Below, in pieces: positions 1 through 15,500 of a stretch of DNA of 64,000 nucleotides (position 1 is its first letter; every line of letters begins with the position of its first letter). The stretch covers positions 11,172,894 to 11,236,893 of the forward strand of contig CM082589.2 of the NCBI GenBank assembly GCA_040954595.2. The letters are read 5' to 3'. The stretch is from Balanoglossus misakiensis (lineage: Eukaryota; Animalia; Hemichordata). The translations under genes and the position numbers were made by a program. The notes under the pieces were generated by a model, which was not told where the DNA came from, did no database searches, and was given only the letters and a program-made list of their open reading frames with translations.

Positions 1-1639
1 CAAAATCTCAAGTTTTCGTCGATTTTTGAAAAAAAATCATGGTTGAAAATCATCAAAAAATGACAAAATTTTCGACTTTGTAAAATCACAAAATTTCGTC
101 GATTTTTGAAAAAAATCATGGGGGAAAATCATGAAAAAATGACAAATTTTCCTCTTTGCAAAATCTCAAAATTTCGTCGATTTTTGAAAAAAAATCATGG
201 GTGAAAATCATCAAAAAATGACAAATTTTCGTCTTTGCAAAATCTCAAAATTTCATCCATTTTTGAAAAAAAATCATGGGTAAAAATCATCAAAAATGAC
301 AAATTTTCGTCTTTGCAAAATCTCAAATTTTCGTCGATTTTTGAAAAAAAATCATGGTTGAAAATCATCAAAAAATGACAAAATTTTCGACTTTGTAAAA
401 TCACAAAATTTCGTCGATTTTGAAACAAATCATAGGTTCGTCGATTTTTTAAAAAAAAACATGTGTGAAAATCATCAAAAAATGACACATTTTCGTCGAC
501 TTTGCAAAATCTCAAAATTTCGTCGATTTTTGAAAAAAATCATGGGGGAAAATCATGAAAAAATGACAAATTTTCCTCTGCAAAATCTCAAAATTTCGTC
601 GATTTTTAAAAAAAGACGGGTGAAAATCATCAAAAAATAACAAATTTTCGACTTTGCAAAATCTCAAAATTTCGTCGATTTTTGAAAAAAATCATGTGTG
701 AAAATCATCAAAAAATGACAAATTTTCGTCTTTGCAAAATCTCACAATTTCGTAGATTTTTGAAAAAAATCATGGGGGAAAATCATGAAAAAATGACAAA
801 TTTTGAAAAAAAAAACTGGTGAAAATCATCAAAAAATGACACATTTACGACTTTGCAAAATCTCAAAATTTCGTCCATTTTTGAAAAAAAATCATGGGTA
901 AAAATCATCAAAAATGACAAATTTTTGTCTTTGCAAAATCTCAAGTTTTCGTCGATTTTTGAAAAAAAATCATGGTTGAAAATCATCAAAAAATGACAAA
1001 ATTTTCGACTTTGTAAAATCACAAAATTTCGTCGATTTTTGAAAAAAATCATGGGGGAAAATCATGAAAAAATGACAAATTTTCCTCTTTGCAAAATCTC
1101 AAAATTTCGTCGATTTTTGAAAAAAAATCATGGGTGAAAATCATCAAAAAATGACAAATTTTCGTCTTTGCAAAATCTCAAAATTTCATCCATTTTTGAA
1201 AAAAAATCATGGGTAAAAATCATCAAAAATGACAAATTTTCGTCTTTGCAAAATCTCAAATTTTCGTCGATTTTTGAAAAAAAATCATGGTTGAAAATCA
1301 TCAAAAAATGACAAAATTTTCGACTTTGTAAAATCACAAAATTTCGTCGATTTTGAAACAAATCATAGGTTCGTCGATTTTTTAAAAAAAAACATGTGTG
1401 AAAATCATCAAAAAATGACAAATTTTGAAAAAAAAACAGGTGAAAATCATCAAAAAATGACACATTTTCGTCGACTTTGCAAAATCTCAAAATTTCGTCG
1501 ATTTTTGAAAAAAATCATGGGGGAAAATCATGAAAAAATGACAAATTTTCCTCTGCAAAATCTCAAAATTTCGTCGATTTTTAAAAAAAGACGGGTGAAA
1601 ATCATCAAAAAATAACAAATTTTCGACTTTGCAAAATCT

Positions 1640-3110
1640 CAAAATTTCGTCGATTTTTGAAAAAAATCATGTGTGAAAATCATCAAAAAATGACAAATTT
1701 TCGTCTTTGCAAAATCTCACAATTTCGTAGATTTTTGAAAAAAATCATGTGTGAAAATCATCAAAAAATGACAAATTTTCGACTTTGCAAAATCTCAAAA
1801 TTTCGTCAATTTTTGAAAAAATCATGGGTGAAAATCATCAAAAAATGACAAATTTTCGTCTTTGCAAAATCTCACAATTTCGTAGATTTTTGAAAAAAAT
1901 CATGTGTGAAAATCATCAAAAAATGACAAATTTTCGACTTTGCAAAATCTCAAAATTTCGTCAATTTTTGAAAAAATCATGGGTGAAAATCATCAAAAAA
2001 TGACAAATTTTCGTCTTTGCAAAATCTCAAAATTTCGTAGATTTTTGAAAAAAATCATGTGTGAAAATCATCAAAAAATGACAAATTTTCGTCTTTGCAA
2101 AATCTCACAATTTCGTAGATTTTTGAAAAAAATCATGTGTGAAAATCATCAAAAAATGACAAATTTTCGTCTTTGCAAAATCTCACAATTTCGTAGATTT
2201 TTGAAAAAAATCATGTGTGAAAATCATCAAAAAATGACAAATTTTCGACTTTGCAAAATCTCACAATTTCGTAGATTTTTGAAAAAAATCATGTGTGAAA
2301 ATCATCAAAAAATGACAAATTTTCGTCTTTGCAAAATCTCACAATTTCGTAGATTTTTGAAAAAAATCATGTGTGAAAATCATCAAAAAATGACAAATTT
2401 TCGTCTTTGCAAAATCTCACAATTTCGTAGATTTTTGAAAAAAATCATGTGTGAAAATCATCAAAAAATGACAAATTTTCGTCTTTGCAAAATCTCACAA
2501 TTTCGTAGATTTTTGAAAAAAATCATGTGTGAAAATCATCAAAAAATGACAAATTTTCGACTTTGCAAAATCTCAAAATTTCGTCAATTTTTGAAAAAAT
2601 CATGGGTGAAAATCATCAAAAAATGACAAATTTTCGTCTTTGCAAAATCTCACAATTTCGTAGATTTTTGAAAAAAATCATTTGTGAAAATCATCAAAAA
2701 ATGACAAATTTTCGACTTTGCAAAATCTCAAAATTTCGTAGATTTTTGAAAAAAATCATGTGTGAAAATCATCAAAAAATGACAAATTTTCGTCTTTGCA
2801 AAATCTCAAAATTTCGTAGATTTTTGAAAAAAATCATGTGTGAAAATCATCAAAAAATGACAAATTTTCGTCTTTGCAAAATCTCAAAATTTCGTAGATT
2901 TTTGAAAAAAATCATGTGTGAAAATCATCAAAAAATGACAAATTTTCGTCTTTGCAAAATCTCACAATTTCGTAGATTTTTGAAAAAAATCATGTGTGAA
3001 AATCATCAAAAAATGACAAATTTTCGACTTTGCAAAATCTCAAAATTTCGTCAATTTTTGAAAAAATCATGGGTGAAAATCATCAAAAAATGACAAATTT
3101 TCGTCTTTGC
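1640..3110. repeat. Homogeneous monomeric sub-array of one satellite variant
   Basis: About 19 consecutive 77-78-bp monomers, most sharing diagnostic catgtgtg / ctcacaa / cgtagat variants that are rare elsewhere. They produce the spurious 228-aa and 176-aa ORFs. Confidence 0.85.
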
Positions 3111-4593
3111 AAAATCTCAAAATTTCGTCCATTTAAAAAAAAAAACGGGGGAAAATCATCAAAAAATGACAAATTTTCGACTTTGCAAAATCTCAAAATT
3201 TCGTCGATTTTTGAAAAAAATCATGGGTGAAAATCATCAAAAAATGACAAATTTTCGACTTTGCAAAATCTCAAAATTTCGTCAATTTTTGAAAAAATCG
3301 TGGGTGAAAATCATCAAAAAATGACAAATTTTCGTCTTTGCAAAATCTCAAAATTTCGTCGGTTTTTGAAAAATAATATGGGTGAAAATCATCAAAAAAT
3401 GAAAAATTTTTGACTGCAAAATCTCAAAATTTCGTAGATTTTTGAAAAAAATCATGTGTGAAAATCATCAAAAAATGACAAATTTTCGACTTTGCAAAAT
3501 CTCAAAATTTCGTCAATTTTTGAAAAAATCATGGGTGAAAATCATCAAAAAATGACAAATTTTCGTCTTTGCAAAATCTCAAAATTTCGTCCATTTAAAA
3601 AAAAAAACGGGGGAAAATCATCAAAAAATGACAAATTTTCGACTTTGCAAAATCTCAAAATTTCGTCGATTTTTGAAAAAAATCATGGGTGAAAATCATC
3701 AAAAAATGACAAATTTTCGACTTTGCAAAATCTCAAAATTTCGTCAATTTTTAAAAAAAAATCATGGGTGAAAATCATCAAAAAATGACAAATTTTCGTC
3801 TTTGCAAAATCTCAAAATTTCGTCGGTTTTTGAAAAATAATATGGGTGAAAATCATCAAAAAATGACAAATTTTTGACTGCAAAATCTCAAAATTTCGTC
3901 GATTTTTGAAAAAAATTATGGGTGAAAATCATCAAAAAATGACAAATTTTCGACTTTGCAAAATCTCAAAATTTAGTCGGTTTTGAAAAAAATCATGGGT
4001 TCGTCGATTTTTTTAAATAAAAACATGGGTGAAAATCATCAAAAAATGACAAATGTTCGACTTTGCAAAATCTAAAAATTTCGTCGATTTTTGAAAAAAA
4101 ATCATGGGTGAAAATCATCAAAAAATGACAAATTTTCGTCTTTGCAAAATCTCAAAATTTCGTCGATTTTTGAAAAAAAATCATGGGTAAAAATCATCAA
4201 AAATGACAAATTTTCGTCTTTGCAAAATCTCAAATTTTCGTCGATTTTTGAAAAAAAATCATGGTTGAAAATCATCAAAAAATGACAAAATTTTCGACTT
4301 TGTAAAATCACAAAATTTCGTCGATTTTGAAAAAAATCATAGGTTCGTCGATTTTTAAAAAAAAAACATGGGTGAAAATCATCAAAAAATGACAAATTTT
4401 GAAAAAAAAACGGGTGAAAATCATCAAAAAATGACACATTTTCGTCGACTTTGCAAAATCTCAAAATTTCGTCGATTTTTGAAAAAAATCATGGGGGAAA
4501 ATCATGAAAAAATGACAAATTTTCCTCTTTGCAAAATCTCAAAATTTCGTCGATTTTTAAAAAAAGACATGGGTGAAAATCATCAAAAAATAA

Positions 4594-7500
4594 CAAATTT
4601 TCGACTTTGCAAAATCTCAAAATTTCGTCAATTTTTGAAAAAATCATGGGTGAAAATCATCAAAAATGACAAATTTTCGTCTTTGCAAAATCTCAAATTT
4701 TCGTCGATTTTTGAAAAAAAATCATGGTTGAAAATCATCAAAAAATGACAAAATTTTCGACTTTGTAAAATCACAAAATTTCGTCGATTTTGAAAAAAAT
4801 CATAGGTTCGTCGATTTTTAAAAAAAAATCATGGGTAAAAATCATCAAAAATGACAAATTTTCGTCTTTGCAAAATCTCAAATTTTCGTCGATTTTTGAA
4901 AAAAAATCATGGTTGAAAATCATCAAAAAATGACAAAATTTTCGACTTTGTAAAATCACAAAATTTCGTCGATTTTGAAAAAAATCATAGGTTCGTCGAT
5001 TTTTAAAAAAAAAACATGGGTGAAAATCATCAAAAAATGACAAATTTTCGACTTTGCAAAATCTCAAAATTTCGTCGATTTTTGAAAAAAAATCATGGGT
5101 AAAAATCATCAAAAAATGACACATTTTCGATTATGCAAAATCTCAAAATTTCGTCGATTTTTGAAAAAAAATCATGGGTGAAAATCATGAAAAAATGACA
5201 CATTTTCGACTTTGAAAAATCTAAAAATTTCGTCGATTTTTGAAAAAAAATCATGGGTAAAAATCATCAAAAATGACAAATTTTCGTCTTTGCAAAATCT
5301 TAAAATTTCGTCGATTTTTGAAAAAAATCATGGGTGAAAATCATCAAAAAATGACAAATTTTCGACTTTGCAAAATCTCAAAATTTCGTCAATTTTTGAA
5401 AAAATCATGGGTAAAAATCATCAAAAAATGACAAATTTTCGTCTTTGCTAAATCTCAAAATTTCGTCGGTTTTTGAAAAATAATATGGGTGAAAATCATC
5501 AAAAAATGACAAATTTTCGACTTTGCAAAATCTCAAAATTTCGTCGATTTTTGAATAAAAATCATGGGTGAAAATCATCAAAAAATGACACATTTTCGAC
5601 TTTGCAAAATCTCAAAATTTCGTCGATTTTGAAAAAAATCATAGGTTCGTCGATTTTAAAAAAAAAACATGGGTGAAAATCATCAAAAAATGACAAATTT
5701 TCGACTTTGCAAAATCTCATAATTTCATCGATTTTTGAAAAAAAATCATGGGTGAAAATCATGAAAAAATGTCACATTTTCGACTTTGAAAAATCTAAAA
5801 ATTTCGTCGATTTTTGAAAAAAAATCATGGGTAAAAATCATCAAAAATGACAAATTTTCGTCTTTGCAAAATCTTAAAATTTCGTCGATTTTTGAAAAAA
5901 ATCATGGGTGAAAATCATCAAAAAATGACAAATTTTCGACTTTGCAAAATCTCAAAATTTCGTCAATTTTTGAAAAAATCATGGGTAAAAATCATCAAAA
6001 AATGACAAATTTTCGTCTTTGCTAAATCTCAAAATTTCGTCGGTTTTTGAAAAATAATTTGGGTGAAAATCATCAAAAAATGACAAATTTTCGACTTTGC
6101 AAAATCTCAAAATTTCGTTGATTTTTGAATAAAAATCATGGGTGAAAATCATCAAAAAATGACACATTTTCGACTTTGCAAAATCTCAAAATTTCGTCGA
6201 TTTTGAAAAAAATCATAGGTTCGTCGATTTTAAAAAAAAAACATGGGTGAAAATCATCAAAAAATGACAAATTTTCGACTTTGCAAAATCTCATAATTTC
6301 ATCGATTTTTGAAAAAAAATCATGGGTGAAAATCATGAAAAAATGACACATTTTCGACTGAAAAATCTAAAAATTTCGTCGATTTTTGAAAAAAATCATG
6401 GGTAAAAATCATCAAAAATGACAAATTTTCGTCTTTGCAAAATCTTAAAATTTCGTCGATTTTTGAAAAAAAATCATGGTGAAAATCATCAAAAAATGAC
6501 AAATTTTCGTCTTTGCTAAATCTCAAAATTTCGTCCATTTTTGAAAAAAAAATCATGGGTAAAAATCATCAAAAAATGACAAATTTTCGTTTTTGCAAAA
6601 TCTCAAAATTTCGTCCATTTAAAAAAAAAAACATGGGGGAAAATCATCAAAAAATGACAAATTTTCGACTTTGCAAAATCTCAAAATTTCGTCCATTTTT
6701 GAAAAAAAATCATGGGTAAAAATCATCAAAAAATGACAAATTTTCGTCTTTGCAAAATCTCACAATTTCGTCGATTTTTGAAAAAAATCATGTGTGAAAA
6801 TCATCAAAAAATGACAAATTTTCGACTTTGCAAAATCTCAAAATTTCGTCAATTTTTGAAAAAATCATGGGTGAAAATCATCAAAAATGACAAATTTTCG
6901 TCTTTGCAAAATCTCAAATTTTCGTCGATTTTTGAAAAAAAATCATGGTTGAAAATCATCAAAAAATGACAAAATTTTCGACTTTGTAAAATCACAAAAT
7001 TTCGTCGATTTTGAAAAAAATCATAGGTTCGTCGATTTTAAAAAAAAAATCATGGGTAAAAATCATCAAAAATGACAAATTTTCGTCTTTGCAAAATCTC
7101 AAATTTTCGTCGATTTTTGAAAAAAAATCATGGTTGAAAATCATCAAAAAATGACAAAATTTTCGACTTTGTAAAATCACAAAATTTCGTCGATTTTGAA
7201 AAAAATCATAGGTTCGTCGATTTTTAAAAAAAAAATATGGGTGAAAATCATCAAAAAATGACAAATTTTCGACTTTGCAAAATCTCAAAATTTCGTCGAT
7301 TTTTGAAAAAAAATCATGGGTAAAAATCATCAAAAAATGACACATTTTCGATTATGCAAAATCTCAAAATTTCGTCGATTTTTGAAAAAAAATCATGGGT
7401 GAAAATCATGAAAAAATGACACATTTTCGACTTTGAAAAATCTAAAAATTTCGTCGATTTTTGAAAAAAAATCATGGGTAAAAATCATCAAAAATGACAA

Positions 7501-9518
7501 ATTTTCGTCTTTGCAAAATCTTAAAATTTCGTCGATTTTTGAAAAAAATCATGGGTGAAAATCATCAAAAAATGACAAATTTTCGACTTTGCAAAATCTC
7601 AAAATTTCGTCAATTTTTGAAAAAATCATGGGTAAAAATCATCAAAAAATGACAAATTTTCGTCTTTGCTAAATCTCAAAATTTCGTCGGTTTTTGAAAA
7701 ATAATATGGGTGAAAATCATCAAAAAATGACAAATTTTCGACTTTGCAAAATCTCAAAATTTCGTCGATTTTTGAATAAAAATCATGGGTGAAAATCATC
7801 AAAAAATGACACATTTTCGACTTTGCAAAATCTCAAAATTTCGTCGATTTTGAAAAAAATCATAGGTTCGTCGATTTTAAAAAAAAAACATGGGTGAAAA
7901 TCATCAAAAAATGACAAATTTTCGACTTTGCAAAATCTCATAATTTCATCGATTTTTGAAAAAAAATCATGGGTGAAAATCATGAAAAAATGTCACATTT
8001 TCGACTTTGAAAAATCTAAAAATTTCGTCGATTTTTGAAAAAAAATCATGGGTAAAAATCATCAAAAATGACAAATTTTCGTCTTTGCAAAATCTTAAAA
8101 TTTCGTCGATTTTTGAAAAAAATCATGGGTGAAAATCATCAAAAAATGACAAATTTTCGACTTTGCAAAATCTCAAAATTTCGTCAATTTTTGAAAAAAT
8201 CATGGGTAAAAATCATCAAAAAATGACAAATTTTCGTCTTTGCTAAATCTCAAAATTTCGTCGGTTTTTGAAAAATAATATGGGTGAAAATCATCAAAAA
8301 ATGACAAATTTTCGACTTTGCAAAATCTCAAAATTTCGTTGATTTTTGAATAAAAATCATGGGTGAAAATCATCAAAAAATGACACATTTTCGACTTTGC
8401 AAAATCTCAAAATTTCGTCGATTTTGAAAAAAATCATAGGTTCGTCGATTTTAAAAAAAAAACATGGGTGAAAATCATCAAAAAATGACAAATTTTCGAC
8501 TTTGCAAAATCTCATAATTTCATCGATTTTTGAAAAAAAATCATGGGTGAAAATCATGAAAAAATGACACATTTTCGACTGAAAAATCTAAAAATTTCGT
8601 CGATTTTTGAAAAAAATCATGGGTAAAAATCATCAAAAATGACAAATTTTCGTCTTTGCAAAATCTTAAAATTTCGTCGATTTTTGAAAAAAAATCATGG
8701 TGAAAATCATCAAAAAATGACAAATTTTCGTCTTTGCTAAATCTCAAAATTTCGTCCATTTTTGAAAAAAAAATCATGGGTAAAAATCATCAAAAAATGA
8801 CAAATTTTCGTTTTTGCAAAATCTCAAAATTTCGTCCATTTAAAAAAAAAAACATGGGGGAAAATCATCAAAAAATGACAAATTTTCGACTTTGCAAAAT
8901 CTCAAAATTTCGTCCATTTTTGAAAAAAAATCATGGGTAAAAATCATCAAAAAATGACAAATTTTCGTCTTTGCAAAATCTCACAATTTCGTCGATTTTT
9001 GAAAAAAATCATGTGTGAAAATCATCAAAAAATGACAAATTTTCGACTTTGCAAAATCTCAAAATTTCGTCAATTTTTGAAAAAATCATGGGTGAAAATC
9101 ATCAAAAATGACAAATTTTCGTCTTTGCAAAATCTCAAATTTTCGTCGATTTTTGAAAAAAAATCATGGTTGAAAATCATCAAAAAATGACAAAATTTTC
9201 GACTTTGTAAAATCACAAAATTTCGTCGATTTTGAAAAAAATCATAGGTTCGTCGATTTTTAAAAAAAAATCATGGGTAAAAATCATCAAAAATGACAAA
9301 TTTTCGTCTTTGCAAAATCTCAAATTTTCGTCGATTTTTGAAAAAAAATCATGGTTGAAAATCATCAAAAAATGACAAAATTTTCGACTTTGTAAAATCA
9401 CAAAATTTCGTCGATTTTGAAAAAAATCATAGGTTCGTCGATTTTTAAAAAAAAAACATGGGTGAAAATCATCAAAAAATGACAAATTTTCGACTTTGCA
9501 AAATCTCAAAATTTCGTC
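4594..9518. repeat. 2221-bp higher-order repeat (about 2.2 copies) within the satellite
   Basis: Variant pattern and ORFs recur at +2221 (4771/6992/9213, 5405/7626, 6513/8734). Confidence 0.9.
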
Positions 9519-12500
9519 CATTTTTGAAAAAAAATCATGGGTGAAAATCATCAAAAAATTACAAATTTTCGACTTTGCAAAATCTCAAATTTTCGTCGAT
9601 TTTTGAAAAAAAATCATGGTTGAAAATCATCAAAAAATGACAAAATTTTCGACTTTGTAAAATCACAAAATTTCGTCGATTTTGAAAAAAATCATAGGTT
9701 CGTCGATTTTTAAAAAAAAATCATGGGTAAAAATCATCAAAAATGACAAATTTTCGTCTTTGCAAAATCTCAAATTTTCGTCGATTTTTGAAAAAAAATC
9801 ATGGTTGAAAATCATCAAAAAATGACAAAATTTTCGACTTTGTAAAATCACAAAATTTCGTCGATTTTGAAAAAAATCATAGGTTCGTCGATTTTTAAAA
9901 AAAAAACATGGGTGAAAATCATCAAAAAATGACAAATTTTCGACTTTGCAAAATCTCAAAATTTCGTCGATTTTTGAAAAAAAATCATGGGTAAAAATCA
10001 TCAAAAATGACAAATTTTCGTCTTTGCAAAATCTTAAAATTTCGTCGATTTTTGAAAAAAATCATGGGTGAAAATCATCAAAAAATGACAAATTTTCGAC
10101 TTTGCAAAATCTCAAAATTTCGTCAATTTTTGAAAAAATCATGGGTAAAAATCATCAAAAAATGACAAATTTTCGTCTTTGCTAAATCTCAAAATTTCGT
10201 CGGTTTTTGAAAAATAATATGGGTGAAAATCATCAAAAAATGACAAATTTTCGACTTTGCAAAATCTCAAAATTTCGTCAATTTTTGAAAAAAAATCATA
10301 GGTTCGTCGATTTTTAAAAAAAAAACATGGGTGAAAATCATCAAAAAATGACACATTTTCGATTATGCAAAATCTCAAAATTTCGTCGATTTTTGAAAAA
10401 AAATCATGGGTGAAAATTATCAAAAAATGACACATTTTCGATTATGCAAAATCTCAAAATTTCGTCGATTTTTGAATAAAAATCATGGGTGAAAATCATC
10501 AAAAAATGACAAATTTTCGACTTTGCAAAATCTCAAAATTTCGTCGATTTTTGAAAAAAAATCATGGTGAAAATCATCAAAAAATGACAAATTTTCGACT
10601 TTGCAAAATCTCAAAATTTCGTCGATTTTTGAAAAAAAATCATGGTGAAAATCATCAAAAAATTACAAATTTTCGACTTTGCAAAATCTCAAATTTTCGT
10701 CGATTTTTGAAAAAAAATCATGGTTGAAAATAATCAAAAAATGACAAAATTTTCGACTTTGTAAAATCAAAAAATTTCGTCGATTTTGAAAAAAATCATA
10801 GGTTCGTCGATTTTTAAAAAAAAACAAGGGTGAAAATCATCAAAAAATGACAAATTTTCGACTTTGCAAAATCTCAAAATTTCGTCGATTTTTGAAAAAA
10901 AATCATGGGTGAAAATTATCAAAAAATGACACATTTTCGATTATGCAAAATCTCAAAATTTCGTCGATTTTTGAATAAAAATCATGGGTGAAAATCATCA
11001 AAAAATGACAAATTTTCGACTTTGCAAAATCTCAAAATTTCGTCGATTTTTGAATAAAAATCATGGGTGAAAATCATCAAAAAATGACAAATTTTCGACT
11101 TTGCAAAATCTCAAAATTTCGTCGATTTTTGAAAAAAAAATCATGGGTGAAAATCATCAAAAAATGACAAATTTTCGTCTTTGCAAAATCTCAAAATTTC
11201 GTCGATTTTTGAAAAAAAATCATGGTTGAAAATCATCAAAAAATGACAAAATTTTCGACTTTGTAAAATCACAAAATTTCGTCGATTTTGAAAAAAATCA
11301 TAGGTTCGTCGATTTTTAAAAAAAAAACATGGGTGAAAATCATCAAAAAATGACAAATTTTCGACTTTGCAAAATCTCAAAATTTCGTCGATTTTTGAAA
11401 AAAAATCATGGGTAAAAATCATCAAAAAATGACACATTTTCGATTATGCAAAATCTCAAAATTTCGTCGATTTTTGAAAAAAAATCATGGGTGAAAATCA
11501 TGAAAAAATGACACATTTTCGACTTTGAAAAATCTAAAAATTTCGTCGATTTTTGAAAAAAAATCATGGGTAAAAATCATCAAAAAATGACAAATTTTAG
11601 TCTTTGCAAAATCTTAAAATTTCGTCGATTTTTGAAAAAAATCATGGGTGAAAATCATCAAAAAATGACAAATTTTCGACTTTGCAAAATCTCAAAATTT
11701 CGTCAATTTTTGAAAAAATCATGGGTAAAAATCATCAAAAAATGACAAATTTTCGTCTTTGCTAAATCTCAAAATTTCGTCGGTTTTTGAAAAATAATAT
11801 GGGTGAAAATCATCAAAAAATGACAAATTTTCGACTTTGCAAAATCTCAACATTTCGTCGATTTTTGAAAAAAAATCATGGTGAAAATCATCAAAAAATG
11901 ACAAATTTTCGACTTTGCAAAATCTCAAAATTTCGTCGATTTTTGAAAAAAAAATCATGGGTGAAAATCATCAAAAAATGACAAATTTTCGTCTTTGCAA
12001 AATCTCAAAATTTCGTCGATTTTTGAAAAAAAATCATGGTTGAAAATCATCAAAAAATGACAAAATTTTCGACTTTGTAAAATCACAAAATTTCGTCGAT
12101 TTTGAAAAAAATCATAGGTTCGTCGATTTTTAAAAAAAAAACATGGGTGAAAATCATCAAAAAATGACAAATTTTCGACTTTGCAAAATCTCAAAATTTC
12201 GTCGATTTTTGAAAAAAAATCATGGGTAAAAATCATCAAAAAATGACACATTTTCGATTATGCAAAATCTCAAAATTTCGTCGATTTTTGAAAAAAAATC
12301 ATGGGTGAAAATCATGAAAAAATGACACATTTTCGACTTTGAAAAATCTAAAAATTTCGTCGATTTTTGAAAAAAAATCATGGGTAAAAATCATCAAAAA
12401 ATGACAAATTTTAGTCTTTGCAAAATCTTAAAATTTCGTCGATTTTTGAAAAAAATCATGGGTGAAAATCATCAAAAAATGACAAATTTTCGACTTTGCA

Positions 12501-15500
12501 AAATCTCAAAATTTCGTCAATTTTTGAAAAAATCATGGGTAAAAATCATCAAAAAATGACAAATTTTCGTCTTTGCTAAATCTCAAAATTTCGTCGGTTT
12601 TTGAAAAATAATATGGGTGAAAATCATCAAAAAATGACAAATTTTCGACTTTGCAAAATCTCAAAATTTCGTCGATTTTTGAATAAAAATCATGGGTGAA
12701 AATCATCAAAAAATGACACATTTTCGACTTTGCAAAATCTCAACATTTCGTCGATTTTTGAAAAAAAATCATGGTGAAAATCATCAAAAAATGACAAATT
12801 TTCGACTTTGCAAAATCTCAAAATTTCGTCGATTTTTGAAAAAAAATCATGGTGAAAATCATCAAAAAATTACAAATTTTCGACTTTGCAAAATCTCAAA
12901 TTTTCGTCGATTTTTGAAAAAAAATCATGGTTGAAAATAATCAAAAAATGACAAAATTTTCGACTTTGTAAAATCAAAAAATTTCGTCGATTTTGAAAAA
13001 AATCATAGGTTCGTCGATTTTTAAAAAAAAACAAGGGTGAAAATCATCAAAAAATGACAAATTTTCGACTTTGCAAAATCTCAAAATTTCGTCGATTTTT
13101 GAAAAAAAATCATGGGTGAAAATTATCAAAAAATGACACATTTTCGATTATGCAAAATCTCAAAATTTCGTCGATTTTTGAATAAAAATCATGGGTGAAA
13201 ATCATCAAAAAATGACAAATTTTCGACTTTGCAAAATCTCAAAATTTCGTCGATTTTTGAATAAAAATCATGGGTGAAAATCATCAAAAAATGACAAATT
13301 TTCGACTTTGCAAAATCTCAAAATTTCGTCGATTTTTGAAAAAAAAATCATGGGTGAAAATCATCAAAAAATGACAAATTTTCGTCTTTGCAAAATCTCA
13401 AAATTTCGTCGATTTTTGAAAAAAAATCATGGTTGAAAATCATCAAAAAATGACAAAATTTTCGACTTTGTAAAATCACAAAATTTCGTCGATTTTGAAA
13501 AAAATCATAGGTTCGTCGATTTTTAAAAAAAAAACATGGGTGAAAATCATCAAAAAATGACAAATTTTCGACTTTGCAAAATCTCAAAATTTCGTCGATT
13601 TTTGAAAAAAAATCATGGGTAAAAATCATCAAAAAATGACACATTTTCGATTATGCAAAATCTCAAAATTTCGTCGATTTTTGAAAAAAAATCATGGGTG
13701 AAAATCATGAAAAAATGACACATTTTCGACTTTGAAAAATCTAAAAATTTCGTCGATTTTTGAAAAAAAATCATGGGTAAAAATCATCAAAAAATGACAA
13801 ATTTTAGTCTTTGCAAAATCTTAAAATTTCGTCGATTTTTGAAAAAAATCATGGGTGAAAATCATCAAAAAATGACAAATTTTCGACTTTGCAAAATCTC
13901 AAAATTTCGTCAATTTTTGAAAAAATCATGGGTAAAAATCATCAAAAAATGACAAATTTTCGTCTTTGCTAAATCTCAAAATTTCGTCGGTTTTTGAAAA
14001 ATAATATGGGTGAAAATCATCAAAAAATGACAAATTTTCGACTTTGCAAAATCTCAAAATTTCGTCGATTTTTGAATAAAAATCATGGGTGAAAATCATC
14101 AAAAAATGACACATTTTCGACTTTGCAAAATCTCAACATTTCGTCGATTTTTGAAAAAAAATCATGGTGAAAATCATCAAAAAATGACAAAATTTTCGAC
14201 TTTGTAAAATCACAAAATTTCGTCGATTTTGAAAAAAATCATAGGTTCGTCGATTTTTAAAAAAAAAACATTGGTGAAAATCATCAAAATATGACAAATT
14301 TTCGACTTTGCAAAATCTCAAAATTTCGTCGATTTTTGAAAAAATCATGGGTGAAAATCATCAAAAAATGACAAATTTTCAACTTTGCAAAATCTCAAAA
14401 TTTCGTCGATTTTTGAAAAAAAATCATGGTGAAAATCATCAAAAAATGACAAAATTTTCGACTTTGTAAAATCACAAAATATAGTCGATTTTGAAAAAAA
14501 TCATAGGTTCGTCGATTTAAAAAAAAAAAACATTGGTGAAAATCATCAAAAAATGACAAATTTTCGTCTTTGCAAAATCTCAAAATTTCGTCCATTTTTG
14601 AAAAAAAATCATGGGTAAAAATCATCAAAAAATGACAAATTTTCGTTTTTGCAAAATCTCAAAATTTCGTCCATTTTAAAAAAAAAACATGGGGGAAAAT
14701 CATCAAAAAATGACAAATTTTCGACTTTGCAAAATCTCAAAATTTCGTCCATTTTTGAAAAAAAATCATGGGTAAAAATCATCAAAAAATGACAAATTTT
14801 CGTCTTTGCAAAATCTCAAAATTTCGTCCATTTAAAAAAAAAACATGGGGGAAAATCATCAAAAAATGACAAATTTTCGACTTTGCAAAATCTCAAAATT
14901 TCGTCGATTTTGAAAAAAACCATTGGGGGAAAATCATCAAAAAATGACAAATTATCGACTTTGCAAAATCTCACAATTTCGTCGATTTTTGAAAAAAATC
15001 ATGGGTGAAAATCATCAAAAAATTACAAATTTTCGACTTTGCAAAATCTCAAAATTTCGTCGATTTTTGTAAAAAATCATGGGTGAAAATCATCAAAAAA
15101 TGACAAATTTTCGACTTTGCAAAATCTCAAAATTTAGTCGACTTTTGAAAAAAAATCATAGGTGAAAATCATCAAAAAATGACAAATTTTCGACTTTGCA
15201 AAATTTCAAAATTTCGTCAATTTTTGAAAAAAATCAGGGGTAAAAATCATCAAAAAATGACAAATTTTCGTCTTTGCTAAATCTCAAAATTTCGTCGGTT
15301 TTTGAAAAATAATATTGGTGAAAATCATCAAAAAATGACAAATTTTCGACTTTGCAAAATCTCAAAATTTCGTCGATTTTTGAAAAAAAAACATGGGGGA
15401 AAATCATCAAAAAATGACAAATTTTCGACTTTGCAAAATCTCAAAATTTCGTCGATTTTGAAAAAAACCATTGGGGGAAAATCATCAAAAAATGACAAAT

